A stretch of DNA of 64,000 nucleotides from an uncultured Chloroflexaceae bacterium (GTDB taxonomy: Bacteria; Chloroflexota; Chloroflexia; Chloroflexales; Chloroflexaceae), in assembly GCA_964410555.1 (NCBI GenBank), contig CAYPHM010000009.1, positions 7,488 through 71,487 on the forward strand, written 5' to 3'. The position numbers and the translations under genes were made by a program. A model generated the notes under the pieces. That model saw nothing but the letters and a program-made list of their open reading frames with translations, was not told the origin of the DNA and did no database searches. This document shows positions 47,943 to 60,156 of this stretch, piece after piece (positions within the stretch are counted from its first letter, which is position 1; each line of letters starts with the position of its first letter).

Positions 47943-47995
47943 TGACCTATGCAAGGGGCAAGAAGGGGGATGCAACAACCTGCTGCTCGTGGCTC

Positions 47996-48412
47996 CTATT
48001 CATCCGTGTATCCCTCAGTGGCAGCCTTGCGGATCGTTTCTTTGATAGATTCCAGTTCTGCCCGTTCTGCATCAGTCCATGTATGCAACTTGAGGGCTTC
48101 TGAAAAGTAGGCATCTATCATTGCTTGGTGGTGTTCATGGGTAATGCCCATAGTCCCAAGTTTGCGATCTGCCCACCCAAACTCTGCTGTCACAAGTTGC
48201 GTATCAATACCGGCACCAGCCATCACAATATCGTGAAACCGCTCCGCGGTGAGGTCCATATTGTGGTGATGGTGCTTCACGGGTGCCGTGTCTTTGTTGG
48301 AGATGCCTACCACAGGGATTTGAGCAAAGAGGACTTCACCCACCTGATGTTGTAATTCTTCACGGATAGATTCTAGTTTGGTTAAAACGGCGGTATGGAC
48401 ATCTTCTGTCAT
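47996..48412 (-). CDS. Hypothetical His-rich helical protein (138 aa)
   Basis: ORF with an acidic C-terminus and HHHH/HEHH patches. No family recognised. Same strand, 87 nt downstream of the PAS/B12/STAS operon. Confidence 0.45.
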   Translation of the reverse strand: MTEDVHTAVLTKLESIREELQHQVGEVLFAQIPVVGISNKDTAPVKHHHHNMDLTAERFHDIVMAGAGIDTQLVTAEFGWADRKLGTMGITHEHHQAMIDAYFSEALKLHTWTDAERAELESIKETIRKAATEGYTDE

Positions 48413-48499
48413 GGTGATTACCCCTTCCTAAAAATGTCTCCACAGATAGTCGTCACTATGCCATAGCAAAAAAACGACAAGAATACCCAAGAAAATCGC

Positions 48500-48964
48500 T
48501 TATTCTTGGTCAAGGAGATTATTGAGTCTGCTGGTAAGTCGGGCTTGGTCTTTGCTCAGGCGGCGAATGAGGTTGGTCAATTCGCTATTCATCGCCAGCA
48601 CTTCATGGTAGATAGTCGTCAGTTGAGGCGGTTCGCATGCCCCCATCATTACCCACACCCCAAACTGGATCAAGCCAGCGCGGGTATTGACAAGGAGCGT
48701 ATCCGTCTCCAACGTCTTGAAAAAGAGTTCCCAAGTATTGCTGACTTCCCCCACCTGAAATCCTTGGACTTGGGCAAAAAACCGCTCTCCTTTGGTGCTA
48801 GATTTTGGGGACATCAGCGTCAGAAACGATTTTCCCAAAATATCTTCCCCAAAGAGATGAAAGGCAAGATCATTGGCTTCTTGAATAACGCCCGCTGTTG
48901 TGCCGACAAGCAGAATGTCATGGCTCAGTTTGCCAAGCATAGGAGGTATTGTTGTCTGAGTCAT
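48500..48964 (-). CDS. PAS-like sensor plus coiled-coil protein lacking STAS (paralogue of the N-terminal half of the 305-aa protein)
   Basis: Alignable by eye to residues ~40-185 of the 49621-50538 product (..G.I..AN.LA......G.SF...........KG.RFF.......W.L..). ATGA overlap with the upstream B12 gene. Confidence 0.55.
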   Translation of the reverse strand: MTQTTIPPMLGKLSHDILLVGTTAGVIQEANDLAFHLFGEDILGKSFLTLMSPKSSTKGERFFAQVQGFQVGEVSNTWELFFKTLETDTLLVNTRAGLIQFGVWVMMGACEPPQLTTIYHEVLAMNSELTNLIRRLSKDQARLTSRLNNLLDQE

Positions 48965-49614
48965 CCTACTACCTCGTTTGCCAGATGTACTGCCTCACGG
49001 GCATTCCTAGCGGTCATATCGGCACCCACGGTCTTATACATACTTGGGGAACGATTGACCGGTTGCCCACCAAAGAAGATTTTGACTTGTTCGCCAATAG
49101 GGGAAGAACGCACCGCATGGATGAGATCGCGTGCTCGTGGGACGTGGTTGTTGAGCGTCACAGAAATAGCCAGAATATCTGCTCGCCGATCATTCACCAT
49201 ATTGACCACATCTTCAACGGGCATATTGGCTCCCAGGTAATAGACATCCCATCCTTCTATTTCAAAGAAATCTGCGACCATCCGAATACCGAGTTCATGC
49301 AGCTCGCCGCCGATGCATGTCGCTACCATCGTCTTGCCGCGTGATGGTTTGGCAAAGACATGGGCATAGAGCTGCGCCATCACACTCTGGGTAATCGCAG
49401 TTGCGAGGTGTTCTTGTGCCACGGTGATTTCGTTGGTCTCCCAAAGCCGCCCTATTTCATGCATAGAGGGCTGAAAGACATCCATATAGAGATCGCGTAT
49501 GTCAACACTGGCATCGAGCGCGGAACGCGCTATATTGAGCGAACGCCGGCGATCACCATCACGTAGTGCAGCGACATACTCGTCATATATTTGGTGAATA
49601 TTGTTGGTACTCAC
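48961..49614 (-). CDS. Stand-alone cobalamin (B12)-binding domain protein with a CarH-type cap (no DNA-binding domain)
   Basis: Helical cap with W-x9-EH (LWETNEITVAQEH). Rossmann module with ExHxxG (GELHELG), SVT and FFGG. GTG start lies 6 nt after the upstream stop. Confidence 0.85.
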   Translation of the reverse strand: MSTNNIHQIYDEYVAALRDGDRRRSLNIARSALDASVDIRDLYMDVFQPSMHEIGRLWETNEITVAQEHLATAITQSVMAQLYAHVFAKPSRGKTMVATCIGGELHELGIRMVADFFEIEGWDVYYLGANMPVEDVVNMVNDRRADILAISVTLNNHVPRARDLIHAVRSSPIGEQVKIFFGGQPVNRSPSMYKTVGADMTARNAREAVHLANEVVG

Positions 49615-49620
49615 AATGTT

Positions 49621-50538
49621 CTACCCTTCTTTCATTTTTCCAAATACATACTGGATAGCCCGGTTCAAATTGTTGTGAATAATAACATCTTGCATAGGTA
49701 TACCAAGATGAACGATAGTTTCGGCAATACTTGGATTTATCCCAACGATGACGGGGGTAGCTCCAAGTAACCGAAGGGCTTGAACCATACCCATCAGCGC
49801 ACTGGCGATAGTTATATCTATCATGGTTAGCCCACTCATATCAAGAATAACGTACTCTGCTTGATAGGTACTGACGCTGGTCAGCAAGTCTTCGGTAATT
49901 TTTTCTGCCCGTCCACTGTCTATATGCCCCACAAGCGGCAGGAGGAGCACATTGTCCCACAGGGGAACAGCGGGGGCGGTTAGGTCTCGTATTGTTTGGA
50001 GTAGGTGATGTTGTTCGTCAATAAGGGCTTGTAAGGAGCGATTTTGGCGGCGCAACTCGCGTTGGGCTTCGGCAAGTTCAGAGGTCAGTTCTATCATTTC
50101 TTGCTGAATATCGCTTACTTCCTGTGGTTCAGGATACCCCACAAGGACGACTACATCCTCGCTCCGATACCCACGAAATGTCACCACTTTGTAAACCTGG
50201 TCCTCTTCACCAAGGGCTAGTTCCCAAGCACTGGTAGGAGTGTGTGGGTAAGTCTGTTTCGCCTCTTCAAAGAATCGTTGCCCTTTTGTCGTTGCTGTGG
50301 CATGCAGCATGTGGGTAAAAGATTCTCCCGTTAAGCCTCTTGTGGACCACTGTTGAGCTAAGGCGTTGGCGTAGAGAATGGTCCCTTGCCCATCACAGCA
50401 AAGAATAATCTCGGTGAGCAGGTCATAAAGCGGTACTTCGATTGGTACTTTCAAAGGAGCTACATGGTTCATGTCAGTAGAAAAATGCCCCGCTATGGTG
50501 GCGTTGTGTTCCGTCATCACGGTTCGGTGCTTGTTCAC
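49621..50538 (-). CDS. PAS-like sensor, coiled coil and RsbR-type STAS domain protein
   Basis: C-terminal VPLWDNVLLLPLVGHIDSGRAEKI..ILDMSGLTMIDITIA..IVGINPSIAETIV. GTG 50538 or ATG 50517 as start. Confidence 0.8.
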   Translation of the reverse strand: MNKHRTVMTEHNATIAGHFSTDMNHVAPLKVPIEVPLYDLLTEIILCCDGQGTILYANALAQQWSTRGLTGESFTHMLHATATTKGQRFFEEAKQTYPHTPTSAWELALGEEDQVYKVVTFRGYRSEDVVVLVGYPEPQEVSDIQQEMIELTSELAEAQRELRRQNRSLQALIDEQHHLLQTIRDLTAPAVPLWDNVLLLPLVGHIDSGRAEKITEDLLTSVSTYQAEYVILDMSGLTMIDITIASALMGMVQALRLLGATPVIVGINPSIAETIVHLGIPMQDVIIHNNLNRAIQYVFGKMKEG

Positions 50539-50647
50539 GTTACATCTTGCTTTACCTATCTATTATACCACGCCTTTTCTGCTGTTGCTTTGTATTGTAT
50601 GGGTGTGGCAGATATTTTTCCCTCGTCATAAAAGGGAACTATAGCCC

Positions 50648-50894
50648 CTGCCTTTCCCCTCTCAAGGGTGGGTCAGCCGGGCAAAACCCACTAGGTTATT
50701 CCCCCCATCCCCTGCCCCTCTCGACACCCTCTCCCCCTGCCCCCTCTCGACACCCTCTCCCCCTGCCCCCTCTCCCATAAAGGGCGAGGGGGAGTTGCCC
50801 GGTTCCCCTTCTCCCGTGTAGCGGGGGAAGGGGCTAGGGGATGGGGGGATGCACGGTGGGGGAAGGGTCTAGGGGGGAGCGGGTGGGAAAGCGA
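50648..50894. repeat. GC-rich modular repeat cluster (D, A x3, B units) bracketed by a bipartite inverted repeat
   Basis: TCAAGGGTGGGTCAGCCGGGCAAAACCCAC, three CTCCCCCTGCCCCCTCTC units, and a B unit with GGGGGAAGGGGCTAGGGGATGGGGGG. Flanking IRs are at 50615-50647 and 50895-50942. Confidence 0.9.
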
Positions 50895-51000
50895 GGGCTA
50901 TAGTTCTTTTGTTCGGCAACAGTAGCTATGACGAGGGAAAAACGTCTGCCACATACCGGGGGGGACGTTCTTACAAAAAACTCCTTTCTCCCTGTGCCTA

Positions 51001-51029
51001 TTGACAACCCACCTTTGCTCGTGTATAAT
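51001..51029 (+). promoter_or_regulatory. Consensus sigma-70-type promoter for the NAPRTase gene
   Basis: TTGACA (51001-51006), a 17-nt spacer, TATAAT (51024-51029); 70 nt upstream of the ATG. Confidence 0.55.
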
Positions 51030-51049
51030 TAGTGTCATAATTACACTAA
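51029..51049 (+). promoter_or_regulatory. 21-bp palindromic operator candidate overlapping the predicted start site
   Basis: TTAGTGT-CATAATT-ACACTAA, perfect 7-bp arms with a GT-N7-AC core. Confidence 0.35.
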
Positions 51050-51098
51050 ATGGTATGGTGCTGCTTAGATGTGCAGGTGTACAAAGGAGTGCATGGGT

Positions 51099-52454
51099 AT
51101 GAGTATTTTTGACAATCAACGATTAACCAACGACACCTTCAAGCTCGACCTAGAGCGTATGCGGAATGGTTGGTATTCAGACAAATACTTTGATGTTATC
51201 GTGAGTATTCTCCAATCGCTTACGCAGTCGAGCTACCAGTTTCATGGGCAATCTCCTCTGCTTCAAGCATTGGGAGTCAACCCGGCTGGTACAGATATAG
51301 GGAACATTGTAGTTGAGATGCAGTGGTTTACCCGCCGTTCCCCCTCGTCCATTGTAGCAGGGGTAGACAAAGCCCTAGCAATGCTGGAAGGGTGTACGGG
51401 CTACTACGATGAGGCAGGACATTTCGTTAATACTTACCATGAGCTAGAGGTAGAAGCGGTGCATGATGGGGTAAAAGTGAAATATGATGGCGACCCGCTC
51501 AAGGTGCAGCCGGTGATCAAGGTGCGCGGACGGTACCGTGATTTTGCCTTGCTTGAAACCCCTACCCTCGGCGCACTCACCCGTGGCACCCGCATAGCCA
51601 CCAATGTCTACAATGTGTTGCGGGCAGCACGCGGTAAACCCGTGCTCTTTTTCCCTGCTCGCTTTGATGCCCACGAAGTACAGGCGGCAGATGGCTATGC
51701 CTATCGTATTGCTATTCAACGGTTCAACCAGGATTATCAGCATACGCTGGATAGTTTTATTTCCACCGATGCTCAGGGGGATTGGTGGGGGGGGTTAGGT
51801 GGGGGCACGATAGCCCACGCGGGTATTGCAGCTTTTCTTGGTGATACGGTTGAGGCAATGGTGGCATTTGCGCGAACACAGCCAGAAGATGTGCCACGAG
51901 TTGCCCTTGTGGACTTTGACAATGATTGTGTAGGTACCACGCTCAAAGTCATGGACGCGCTCTTTTCCCGCTACTATGAACTGGTCGAGTTAGGACGTGA
52001 AGACCTAGCAGCACGCTACCAGTTGTTTGCGGTTCGTCCCGATACGAGTGGATCATTGCGTGATGTTAGTGTTACCCCCTTGGGGATGAAAGACTTAGAC
52101 ATGGGGGTCACGCCACGGCTTGTTTTTGCGCTGCGTCAAGCAGTAGATACAGCATGGCAGCGGTGGGATATACCCACAACGTGGCAGGATCGCGCTAGGC
52201 AGTGGTGCCATGAGGTCAAGATACTGGTTACAGGTGGGTTTGGTCCTGAGAAGATTCGCCGTTTTGAGGAGCTAGGGGTACCGGTAGACATCTACGGGGT
52301 TGGTTCATCGCTCTTCTCCAACAGCGGGATTGAGGGAACCAACAATGACTTTACTGCCGATGTGGTGCAGGTGCAGGTCAAGGGGGAATGGTACCCGCTG
52401 GCAAAGGTAGGGCGTATTGTTGGGCATAACCCTGATCTCCAGCATATCCAGTAG
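51099..52454 (+). CDS. pncB: Nicotinate phosphoribosyltransferase-like enzyme (NAPRTase/QPRTase superfamily)
   Basis: N-terminal MSIFDN..TFKLDLERMRNGWYSDKYF and a C-terminal ..LVTGGFGPEKIRRFEE..VDIYGVGSSL pattern. The ATG at 51099 lies 9 nt after AAAGGAG; the ORF track opens at 51069. Confidence 0.75.
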   Translation: MSIFDNQRLTNDTFKLDLERMRNGWYSDKYFDVIVSILQSLTQSSYQFHGQSPLLQALGVNPAGTDIGNIVVEMQWFTRRSPSSIVAGVDKALAMLEGCTGYYDEAGHFVNTYHELEVEAVHDGVKVKYDGDPLKVQPVIKVRGRYRDFALLETPTLGALTRGTRIATNVYNVLRAARGKPVLFFPARFDAHEVQAADGYAYRIAIQRFNQDYQHTLDSFISTDAQGDWWGGLGGGTIAHAGIAAFLGDTVEAMVAFARTQPEDVPRVALVDFDNDCVGTTLKVMDALFSRYYELVELGREDLAARYQLFAVRPDTSGSLRDVSVTPLGMKDLDMGVTPRLVFALRQAVDTAWQRWDIPTTWQDRARQWCHEVKILVTGGFGPEKIRRFEELGVPVDIYGVGSSLFSNSGIEGTNNDFTADVVQVQVKGEWYPLAKVGRIVGHNPDLQHIQ

Positions 52455-52534
52455 ACTAGCCAGGCGAATCTTTGCCCTTTGTGTCCACAACCGGGGTGTG
52501 GCAGCTTCTTTTCCCTCGACTAGAGGGCAATAAC

Positions 52535-52760
52535 TCCCCGTTCCCCCTACTCCCCGCTCCCCCTGCCCCCTCTCCCATTCCGTCCCCTCTCCCCCTGCCC
52601 CCTCTCCCATTCCAGGGCGAGGGGGAGTTGCCCGGTTCCCCTTCTCCCGTGTAGCGGGGGAAGGGGCTAGGGGATGGGGGGGCTGCTCGGTGGGACGCGG
52701 GGCTAGGGGATGGGGGGGCTGCTCGGTAGGACGCGGGGCTAGGGGATGGGGGCTGCCCGG
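52535..52760. repeat. GC-rich modular repeat cluster (A x2, B x3)
   Basis: CTCCCCCTGCCCCCTCTCCCATTCC twice, then GGTTCCCCTTCTCCCGTGTAGCGGGGGAAGGGGCTAGGGGATGGGGGGG and two GGGACGCGGGGCTAGGGGATGGGGG units. Confidence 0.9.
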
Positions 52761-53752
52761 AACATCCGCTGCCTACTCACCCGACTGTTTGGTGTTCTTG
52801 TTTGATGGTGGGTCTGTCCCCTCAAAGCCCAACGCCTCAGACACCACATACAACGGGCGGTGCTTCACCTCGTTGTAGATGCGCCCCAAATATTCGCCAA
52901 TAATGCCCAGGAAGATAAGCTGCACCCCGCCCATAAAGAGCACACTCACCAGCGTGGTCGCCTGCCCCTTGAACGCCTCTATGCCGCTCAATCGTAGCCC
53001 CATCGCCAACAGAATGAACAGCACCGCAATAACGGCAATGGAAAAGCCCAGGTAGGTTGCCAGTTGAAGCGGCACGTAGGAAAAACTGGTAATGCCGTCA
53101 AAGGCAAAGCGCAGCATCTTTCGCAACGGATACTTCGTCTCACCGGCTTTGCGGGCATCCCGCTTGTAGGGTACCCCCACCTGCTTAAAGCCAACCCACA
53201 CCGACAACCCCCGCATAAAGCGGTGATACTCGCGTATGCCACTCAGCGTATCTACCACCTTGCGGTCCATCAGGCGAAAATCGCCCGTATCTACCGGTAT
53301 ATCGATGCTGGTGATACTGGCAATCATCCGGTAGAAGAAGGATGCTGTTACCTTCTTAAACCACGTCTCACCGGCACGCTCCGAACGCACCGCATACACC
53401 ACCTCATACCCCTCACGCCAGCGTTCTACCATCTCTGGTATCACTTCCGGCGGGTCTTGCAAATCGGAGTCTATCACCACCACCGCCCGCCCCTGGGTAT
53501 AGTCTGTCCCTGCGGTAATCGCAAGCTGATGCCCAAAGTTACGCGAGAAGTTGAGTACCTTAACGCGGGGGTCTTCATCGTGTAATTCGCGCATAATCTG
53601 CGGCGAGCGATCATGGCACCCATCGTTGACCAGCACCAACTCAAAGGGTTCGCCGAGCGTCTCCATTGTGGCGACAACGCGGCGGTAAAACTCTGGGAGC
53701 AACTCCTCCTCATTATAGATTGGCGCAACTACCGAAAAGGTCGGTAGTGTTC

Positions 53753-56608
<2,856 letters not shown>

Positions 56609-56685
56609 AGATAGAATGTGTAACCATCTCTGAAATGCGAACCTCTTTACCGCATTATACCTGAGTATGTAGAGCAAGGCAATGT

Positions 56686-57597
56686 ATGATCTTTGAACTC
56701 CTCCCGATTTTCGTCAATGTGCTTGTGCCAGTCTTTGCGCTGGTGTTGTTGGGGTATGTGGTTGGACCACGGCTAGAGATCCAACCACGCACCCTCTCCC
56801 GCTATGGACTCTATATCCTGACCCCGGCGTTCATCTTTGACGTGTTGAGCAAGACGACCATACAGGCTGAGTTGGCACTGCGAATGACATTGTACATTAT
56901 CGTGGTGCATATGCTGTGTGCGTTGGTGGGGTTTGGTGCTGCCAAGCTCTTGCGCCGTCCGCCACAAATGGTCGCCGTCTATGTGCTCATTGCGGTATTT
57001 GGCAATGTGGGCAATTTTGGCTTGCCCATCATTAGCTTTGCGCTTGGGGAAGAAGCCTTGCCTGCCGCAACGATCTACTTTTTGGCAATTATGGTGATAG
57101 CGTTTATTGTTGGGATAGGCGCAGCAAACTGGAATAGTGGGAGCTGTCTTCAGGCACTGTTTACCATCTTGAAAACCCCGGCATTGTTGGCGGTGCCGCC
57201 GGCGTTGCTGCTGAATGGGCTACATATAGACCTGCCGCCGCTGGTTGCCCGACCAGTGACGCTGCTGGCAGGCGCACTCATCCCGACCATGCTGGTGATG
57301 CTTGGCGCACAGCTTGCCCAGGCAGGCATATCGCGGCTCGACAAGGATATGGTCATCGCTAGTAGCATCCGTCTAGTGGGTGCGCCGTTGGTCGCACTGC
57401 TGCTCGCCGCACCAATGGGCATCGTGGGGGTAGAGCGTGGGGCGGGGATACTCCAGGCGAGTATGCCCATTGCCGTATTGACCTCGGTTATCGCGGTAGA
57501 ACATGATCTTATGCCAGATTTCGTCACCTCGGCGGTGTTGTTCTCGACGCTGGCTAGTGTCGTGTCGCTAACATTGGTTGTGGCATTGGTGATGTGA
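56686..57597 (+). CDS. AEC (auxin efflux carrier) family transporter
   Basis: About 10 TM segments; an N-terminus and length typical of the Mem_trans family. Confidence 0.75.
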   Translation: MIFELLPIFVNVLVPVFALVLLGYVVGPRLEIQPRTLSRYGLYILTPAFIFDVLSKTTIQAELALRMTLYIIVVHMLCALVGFGAAKLLRRPPQMVAVYVLIAVFGNVGNFGLPIISFALGEEALPAATIYFLAIMVIAFIVGIGAANWNSGSCLQALFTILKTPALLAVPPALLLNGLHIDLPPLVARPVTLLAGALIPTMLVMLGAQLAQAGISRLDKDMVIASSIRLVGAPLVALLLAAPMGIVGVERGAGILQASMPIAVLTSVIAVEHDLMPDFVTSAVLFSTLASVVSLTLVVALVM

Positions 57598-57612
57598 GCG
57601 GTGTTTTTTCTG

Positions 57613-58479
57613 CTATGCATCTATCATCGTCAATGCTGGCAACCGCCGAAACCAGTTTTTCTGCTGGCGAGCAAAACGGTGGGTATCATACTTGAGCCGT
57701 TGTACACAGTCTCTCAAGTCCGCCTGCTGCTCAAAGTAGGGGCGAAACTGAATATACCCCAAGCTCGACAGAGAGGGCAAATCCCAGTGGTAGCCCCGTT
57801 CGAGCAGTTCGCTTACCTCGTCTATCAACCCCCGCTCCATCATCACATCTACCCGATTGTCTATGCGCTCATAGTTCTGCTCTGCTGGCATACGTAGCCA
57901 AAAGGTCGTGATGTCATAGGGGGGGGATTTATGCTGTTGTTGCATGGAAATCGGCTTGCCTGTTACCTGGTAGACCTCCAACGCCCGAATGATACGGCGT
58001 AGGTTTTCGGGGGTGAGGCTTCGGGCAGCTTGCGGGTCAACCTCTGCTAGTCGTGCATGCAGCGTCTCATTGCCATACGTTGCCGCTTCTTGCTCGAGCT
58101 CTGCCCGCAACGCCGGTTGTGGGGGTACCCGTGGGATAGTCCATCCCTGGAGCACGGCAGCAAGATACTGCCCCGTCCCACCGACCAGCAGAGGAACACG
58201 ATTACGGGCGGTAATATCGGCGATCTTTGCCATCGCTTGGTCTTGGTAAATTGCCAACGAGAAGGGGGTATTTGGGTCTATAAAGTCCACGAGATGATGG
58301 GGAACCATCTCGCACTGTGCCGGGGTTGGCTTGGCGGTGCCTATATCCATATAGCGGTAAACTTGGCGCGAGTCTGCCGAAACTATCTCGCCGCCTATGC
58401 GCTGCGCCATCTCCAGCGCAAAAGCCGTTTTGCCTATGGCGGTTGAACCTACAATGGCAATGAGTGGCGGTTGTGTCAT
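57613..58479 (-). CDS. miaA: tRNA dimethylallyltransferase
   Basis: P-loop IVGSTAIGKT, SADSRQVYRYMDIGTAKP and GGTGQY motifs. Confidence 0.9.
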   Translation of the reverse strand: MTQPPLIAIVGSTAIGKTAFALEMAQRIGGEIVSADSRQVYRYMDIGTAKPTPAQCEMVPHHLVDFIDPNTPFSLAIYQDQAMAKIADITARNRVPLLVGGTGQYLAAVLQGWTIPRVPPQPALRAELEQEAATYGNETLHARLAEVDPQAARSLTPENLRRIIRALEVYQVTGKPISMQQQHKSPPYDITTFWLRMPAEQNYERIDNRVDVMMERGLIDEVSELLERGYHWDLPSLSSLGYIQFRPYFEQQADLRDCVQRLKYDTHRFARQQKNWFRRLPALTMIDA

Positions 58480-58656
58480 ACTACTGCGTTCCCTTCAGCT
58501 TTCCCTCCGGTTATGCATACTGCCAAGAACTCAAAGTAACGGGTATTCTTATCGTATTTGGGATGAATCCACGCTCAATGTGGCTTACTGAAAACCCAAG
58601 TGGGAGAATGGATGTTACTTTGCCGCGATAACTATTTTAGCTGACGATTACGTACC

Positions 58657-58700
58657 ATCATGAGGTGAACACCATTGGTAACTGGTGTTCACCTCATGAT
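58657..58700 (-). terminator. Perfect 18-bp-stem hairpin downstream of the TauE-like gene
   Basis: ATCATGAGGTGAACACCA (58657-58674), loop TTGGTAAC, TGGTGTTCACCTCATGAT (58683-58700). Confidence 0.6.
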
Positions 58701-58728
58701 AATAACTCTGGTTTGTTGTAAGGGCTAC

Positions 58729-59478
58729 TTAGGTAAGCAAGTCCCACACCATTTTTGCCGTAATGATTAGTAAGATAACCCCAATCATCAATTTCACTTG
58801 TCGTCCTTGTAGTTTGTCTGTCATTAGCCAAGAACCAAGTAAGGCACCAAAAAAAGAACCTAAAGCCGTAGCACTCAAGAGCGAGATACTTATGCCTGCC
58901 ATAGCCATATGGCTAAGAAACCCAGACAGGGATGCGAAAATAACGACAAAAGAGGTAGAAGCTGAAGCCTTTTTAGGGTCGAAACCAAGCGTAACCAGTG
59001 ATGGAACAACAATGTTGCCCCCACCTACCCCAAGTAACCCCCCAATAAACCCAGCAACGCCCCCGACACTTATACCAACGCTCAAGAGGAGTTTCTTGTT
59101 AGCTATTTTTTGTTGTGTCTTTGGCTTGTAGAACAGCATCATCAAAGCTGCAAACAACAAGAAACCACAAAATATCCATAATAAAACCGTGCGATCTAAT
59201 CCTTTGCTTACCCATACGCCGATGGGTGAAATAAGCGCAGCGACTAGAGACATTGGGATGACTAAACTCCAAACGACCAGCTTTTTACGAATAAAGTTGA
59301 CGGAGGCGACAGCCATCGCTAGGGCATTGAGGAGTAGCGCAATAGCCATTGCCGTATGCACTTCAATACCCAGGGCTAGAAATACGGGTATGAGGATAAA
59401 CGCTGCCCCAACACCAGCAATAGTCAATAGGGTAGTAAAAACAAAGGTGATCACCCCGGCTAAAATAACAATGATCAT
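58729..59478 (-). CDS. TauE/SafE family anion (sulfite-type) exporter
   Basis: Eight TM helices with two GG-rich half repeats (TIAGVGAAFILIP, GLLGVGGGNIVVP). Confidence 0.8.
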   Translation of the reverse strand: MIIVILAGVITFVFTTLLTIAGVGAAFILIPVFLALGIEVHTAMAIALLLNALAMAVASVNFIRKKLVVWSLVIPMSLVAALISPIGVWVSKGLDRTVLLWIFCGFLLFAALMMLFYKPKTQQKIANKKLLLSVGISVGGVAGFIGGLLGVGGGNIVVPSLVTLGFDPKKASASTSFVVIFASLSGFLSHMAMAGISISLLSATALGSFFGALLGSWLMTDKLQGRQVKLMIGVILLIITAKMVWDLLT

Positions 59479-59502
59479 TGTCTGTACTTCATTACCTATC
59501 CT

Positions 59503-60156
59503 TTACGAGATTTTGTGGTTTTCTTGACAAGGAATACAGATATGCTTTGTACCTTTAATACGAGCATACTCTTCAACAACCATTTCACCACACGCATCAC
59601 ATACAATGCTCGCAAAAGAATGGAGGTTTCTCACGAGATCATACTGATAGATTTCCCCCACTGAGAATAATGCATCATCTGGTGCTCCCATGACCCGTTG
59701 GACCATGGGGTCTATAACCGATTCTGGAACGTGCGATGCAGGTATCCCTTTCTCTCGATATTCTTTGAAAAATACTGATTGTTTGTTGGCAAGCATAGCT
59801 TCTGCTTTGGGTACCACACGAATAGCCCGCGAGGTTGCCACATCAATCACCGTTACTCCCCATTTTCCATAATGTGTTTTCTGGATGTTTCCCTTGCCAA
59901 ACGTACACCCAGTGATCATTTGGATACCATCGGCAAAACATGTTGCACAATGATCATCGCCAATTTCAATTAAAGTGACCAGCTGCCCATCCTTTGCTCG
60001 CTCAACTCCCAAAGCGTTGAGGGCTGCTGCCCCTACTCGTAAGCCCATTGGCATAGCAGGACATTTATGTCCATGAAAAACTAAGCCGTATTCGTAATAC
60101 TCTTCTGGATTAACCATTAGTTTGTTCCTTTCATGTATATATGTAGAAAACTGCAT
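59503..60156 (-). CDS. FmdE domain protein with a C-terminal Zn-ribbon
   Basis: FHGHKCPAMPMGLRVG and DDHCATCFADGIQ motifs, plus C-terminal CDACGE..CIPC. Confidence 0.75.
   Translation of the reverse strand: MQFSTYIHERNKLMVNPEEYYEYGLVFHGHKCPAMPMGLRVGAAALNALGVERAKDGQLVTLIEIGDDHCATCFADGIQMITGCTFGKGNIQKTHYGKWGVTVIDVATSRAIRVVPKAEAMLANKQSVFFKEYREKGIPASHVPESVIDPMVQRVMGAPDDALFSVGEIYQYDLVRNLHSFASIVCDACGEMVVEEYARIKGTKHICIPCQENHKIS

Noticed and set aside
47996-48412. The 138-aa His-rich protein as a sensor-globin/protoglobin-like domain, based on ..GITHEHHQAMIDAYFSEAL.. vaguely recalling the proximal-His helix of globin-coupled sensors.
   Set aside because: The resemblance is limited to one helix and the protein is shorter than typical sensor globins. 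It is too weak to call without a profile search or structure prediction.
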